Shown piece by piece: positions 61,157 to 64,000 of a DNA stretch of 64,000 nt. The notes under the pieces are model-generated. The model had not been told where the DNA came from. It saw only the letters and a list, made by a program, of their open reading frames with translations, and made no database searches. The DNA comes from Planctomycetota bacterium (GTDB lineage Bacteria; Planctomycetota; PLA2), in NCBI GenBank assembly GCA_027297745.1, contig JAPUHK010000024.1:994-64993 (forward strand), written 5' to 3'. Each line of letters starts with the position of its first letter. Position 1 is the first letter of the stretch. The position numbers and the translations under genes were made by a program.

Positions 61157-63378
61157 CTTTTGCCCCCGAAGAAGAAGGGGTAGTACGCGAGCGCGTAGAC
61201 GATGTGGATTACCACCAGCAGCACCATCAGCGCCGCCATCCAGCGGTGCAACCAGCGCCAGGTGCCGAGCACCGCGCGCAGGTCCTCATAGTGCGCCGCC
61301 ATGAGCGCCGTGCGGTGTGCCTTGCGCGCGAGCTGCATCGTTTCCTTGATCTGCTCCTCGTCGATGCCCTCTTCACGCCCTTCGTCCTCCAGGCGTGTGA
61401 GCAAGCGCTTCAAGCCGCCCCGGCCGGTCAGCATGGACAGCACGCGCCCAAGGAACCCCGAGCCCCATTGCTTCTTCTCGATCAGCTCATCCACCGCGCT
61501 GCGCGCCCGTTCGCGGTACTCCCGTTGGCCCTGGTCCCACTCCTCGGACATGCGGCCGAGGCGGGCCTTGACCTCCTGCAGCTCCAGCTCGCGTCCGTTC
61601 GCGGCGCGCGGCACGCAGGCGTAGAAGTAGCGTCCGATGGCGCCGGTGACCAACAGCACCGCCAGCGCCCAAAAGGCGTGCCCCGCGACGGTGTTGCCGG
61701 GCGCCATGGCGCCGTGCAGCGTCGCCAGCAAGAGCGCCAGGATGCCCGTGGCGACGTGGCTCGTCATCCAGATCTGCAGGGAGCCGACGTTGAGCCGGAA
61801 GCGCGGCGAACGCCGCACCAGATAAAGGAGGTTCACGAGGATCAGCGCGGTCGCGCCGATGCCCAGCCACAGGCCGAGGCCGAGGCCCGGGCGCAGCAGC
61901 GCATGCTTCGGGTGCGCGGCGCGCGCGGAGGCCGGCAGGCCGTAGTAGTCCGCGTGCACCATGACCCAGACCAACGCGGCCAGCGAGAGTGTGAAGCCGA
62001 TGCCGAGCGCGTGGACCAGGCCCGTGCCCTGCTCGCCGAGCTGGGGCGCCGCCTTGCGCAGCGACGGGTCGAAGGACACGCCCGAGCGTTCGAGCAGCTC
62101 CAGCGGCGCGCTGCCGCCCGCCATCACGAACACCTCGTCGTTCGGCAACGTGCGCGTCGCCGTGCCGTAGCCGCTCTGCACCGTGAGCTCGACCGAGTCC
62201 GGACGGATCGCCCGCACTTCGCTGTTGAACAGGACCTCGAGCTTGCCCTCGCGCAGGCATTCGTCCAGGCGCTCCTGGTTCTTGGGTCGAATGCGGAAGA
62301 AGCTCTCCTTGCGGTACGAGAGCGTCACCTGGTTCCCCGGTTGCTCCGCGAGACCCATGGCCGCCTCGACCGCGCTGTCGCCGCCGCCGACGACCAACGT
62401 GCGCCGGTGCTGGTACGAGTGGGCGTCCAGCAGGCTGTAGGCCACCTTGGACAGGTCTTCGCCTTCCACGCCGAGCTTGCGCGGCGAGCCGCGGCGGCCC
62501 ACCGCCAGACAGACGTTGCGCGCCGTGTAACTGCCGGTCTTGGTGCGCACGACGTAATTGCCGTCGTCGTCCCGGCTAAGACCCACGAACGTCTCCTGGG
62601 AGCGGATCGGCAGCTGCTGCTCCTCCGCGATGTGCGCCCACAGCTCGACCAGCTCTTCCTTCGTGTAACTGGACTTCAGGCGGCCGTAGAGCGGCAGGTC
62701 GACCGGCTGGCTCATGATCAGCTTGCGCCGCGGGTACTTCGCGACCGTGCCGCCGGGCCCGCTCTCCTGGTCCAGCGTCACGAACTTCAGGCCGTGGCGC
62801 TTGGCCTCGAGCGAACACGCCAGGCCGGCGGGGCCGGCGCCGACCACGCACAGGTCCAGCGTGCCGTTGGGGTTGGGCTCGTGCTCCAGGCGCCGCGCGA
62901 CTTCGCCCGCTACGGCCGTTCCGTGGTCGACGGCGGTCTTGATCAGCGAGTGCGCGGTCACCTCACCCGCGAGGAACAGCCCGGGCGAGCCCACGGCCTC
63001 GAGCTGTTCGGTCAGGACCGGGATGTCCCGGCGCTCGGCGATGTCGCTCAGCGTGACCTTGATCGCGCCGACGGGGCACTCGCGCTCACACAGGGCATGG
63101 CCGACGCAGCGCGCGCCGTGCACGACCATGGCCTGGCCGTGCACGAGCTTCAGCACCTGGTCCTCGGGACAGACGTCGACGCACGTGCCGCAGCCCAGGC
63201 AGCGGGACAGATCGACGACGGGTTGGGCGAGCTGGGCCTTGTCACTCCCCTGACGGACCGCCTGCTCACGGTCGCCCAGCGCGCGGCGCATGCGCCGGAG
63301 CTCCAGGCGCCGCGCGATCGCCACCATGAGGGATAGGCCTAGGGCGACTACGACTCCAATAAGGAGGGGCCAACTCAT
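61153..63378 (-). CDS. Inner-membrane fusion protein: TM anchor + ferredoxin-type FeS domain + FAD/NAD(P)-binding oxidoreductase + C-terminal 5-TM domain with two H-x13-H pairs
   Basis: GGAG Shine-Dalgarno. FeS motifs C60LGCGTCVDVCP and C91VGHALCERECP. Dinucleotide folds VVGAGPAGLA and VVGGGDSAVEAA. His541-x13-His555 and His711-x13-His725 lie in hydrophobic helices. Confidence 0.85.
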   Translation of the reverse strand: MSWPLLIGVVVALGLSLMVAIARRLELRRMRRALGDREQAVRQGSDKAQLAQPVVDLSRCLGCGTCVDVCPEDQVLKLVHGQAMVVHGARCVGHALCERECPVGAIKVTLSDIAERRDIPVLTEQLEAVGSPGLFLAGEVTAHSLIKTAVDHGTAVAGEVARRLEHEPNPNGTLDLCVVGAGPAGLACSLEAKRHGLKFVTLDQESGPGGTVAKYPRRKLIMSQPVDLPLYGRLKSSYTKEELVELWAHIAEEQQLPIRSQETFVGLSRDDDGNYVVRTKTGSYTARNVCLAVGRRGSPRKLGVEGEDLSKVAYSLLDAHSYQHRRTLVVGGGDSAVEAAMGLAEQPGNQVTLSYRKESFFRIRPKNQERLDECLREGKLEVLFNSEVRAIRPDSVELTVQSGYGTATRTLPNDEVFVMAGGSAPLELLERSGVSFDPSLRKAAPQLGEQGTGLVHALGIGFTLSLAALVWVMVHADYYGLPASARAAHPKHALLRPGLGLGLWLGIGATALILVNLLYLVRRSPRFRLNVGSLQIWMTSHVATGILALLLATLHGAMAPGNTVAGHAFWALAVLLVTGAIGRYFYACVPRAANGRELELQEVKARLGRMSEEWDQGQREYRERARSAVDELIEKKQWGSGFLGRVLSMLTGRGGLKRLLTRLEDEGREEGIDEEQIKETMQLARKAHRTALMAAHYEDLRAVLGTWRWLHRWMAALMVLLVVIHIVYALAYYPFFFGGKS

Positions 63379-63435
63379 GCCTTCACTCCGGCCTCAGTGC
63401 TATGCCCTCCTGCCCGACCTCCCAGACCCGCCCGT

Positions 63436-64000
63436 CTACTTGCCGCCGGCGCTTCGCGCCCTGAGCTCCCGGTCCCGGGAGCTGCCGCTGACGTTCATGG
63501 ACGTGGCCTTGCGTCGCGTCTCGCCCTGGCTGAAGGCCGGGGCAGGCGGGCCCTCGACGGGCTGGGCGGCGCTCACGGGCAGGGCGGCCGACTCGACATA
63601 CGCGCGAGCAGCCTTCAGGCAGGCGTCGAACTCGCCGTCGAGATCAGAGACCCGCTTGGCCAGCGCGCGCGCTTCGCCCTGGATCTCGGACACGGCCACG
63701 GGGTTGAGGTCGTTGCCCAGGAAGAGCGCGTGGTCGCGCAGGCTGTTGTTGACCGCATCATAGGACGCCAGGGCGGGCTCCGCGGCCGCGACGATGGCGT
63801 GGTAACGCTCGCGAGTCTCCACCAAGCGGTTGCGGCTGCGCTGGCGCAGCTCCACGCTGCTGATGTCCTTGAGGTCATCGGCCCACTGATCGAAGACCGG
63901 ATCGCTCGAGTCCTTCATGTTCTCGATGCTGTCCCGAAGCTTTTCGGCCTGCTCCTCGGAGTTCTCGATGGCCGTCATGAACTCCCCGTAGGCCGTAACC
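63436..64000 (-). CDS. DUF2959-like protein (5' end probably beyond the window)
   Basis: WADDLKDISSVELRQRSRNRLVETRERYHAIV...NNSLRDHALFLGNDLNPVAVSEIQGE. The frame stays open upstream of the listed Met to the window edge. Confidence 0.6.
   Translation of the reverse strand, partial: VTAYGEFMTAIENSEEQAEKLRDSIENMKDSSDPVFDQWADDLKDISSVELRQRSRNRLVETRERYHAIVAAAEPALASYDAVNNSLRDHALFLGNDLNPVAVSEIQGEARALAKRVSDLDGEFDACLKAARAYVESAALPVSAAQPVEGPPAPAFSQGETRRKATSMNVSGSSRDRELRARSAGGK

Overview
GC-rich, densely coding bacterial chromosomal window. Lipoboxes, Sec signal peptides and a barrel-like outer-membrane protein point to a diderm. I support about 64 protein-coding genes. I found no rRNA, tRNA, CRISPR array, transposase or integrase. 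Many long ORFs in the track are antisense or alternate-frame artefacts of the high GC content.

Layout, left to right:
1. A minus-strand ECF sigma/anti-sigma operon with four secreted PDZ proteins. Three are tandem HEAT+PDZ paralogs, and one runs off the left edge and is missing from the ORF track.
2. An FHA-GAF-PP2C phosphatase, a Cys-rich mini-protein, an archaemetzincin-like peptidase and a rhomboid protease.
3. An Fe-S biogenesis block: rhodanese, a SufU-like scaffold, rrf2-sufBCDSUT, a NifS/IscS-like desulfurase and IscA.
4. An orphan nuoB diverging from an 11-gene nuoABCDHIJKLMN operon. The operon has no nuoEFG, has a long tail on NuoB, and ends with an extra coupled ORF.
5. An ECF sigma fused to a TM/HEAT region, then Mrp/ApbC, an MBL hydrolase, a Kelch lipoprotein and a BFD-like ferredoxin.
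6. Accessory genes: a Cys/Gly-repeat plus cytochrome-P460-like lipoprotein, a small-protein/DUF488/radical-SAM trio behind a palindrome-rich spacer, a decayed rlmN remnant and a poly-G frameshifted secreted protein.
7. The standout is a five-gene minus-strand cluster at 53567-63378. It encodes an inner-membrane FeS/flavin protein with a C-terminal membrane domain carrying two H-x13-H pairs, a membrane-anchored 23-CXXCH cytochrome, an outer-membrane barrel-like protein, a 7-CXXCH cytochrome and an 11-CXXCH lipoprotein cytochrome. I read this as a candidate cytoplasm-to-cell-surface electron conduit whose inner-membrane entry module I do not recognise from described systems.

All calls rest on reading the translations and the DNA. 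No database search was run.
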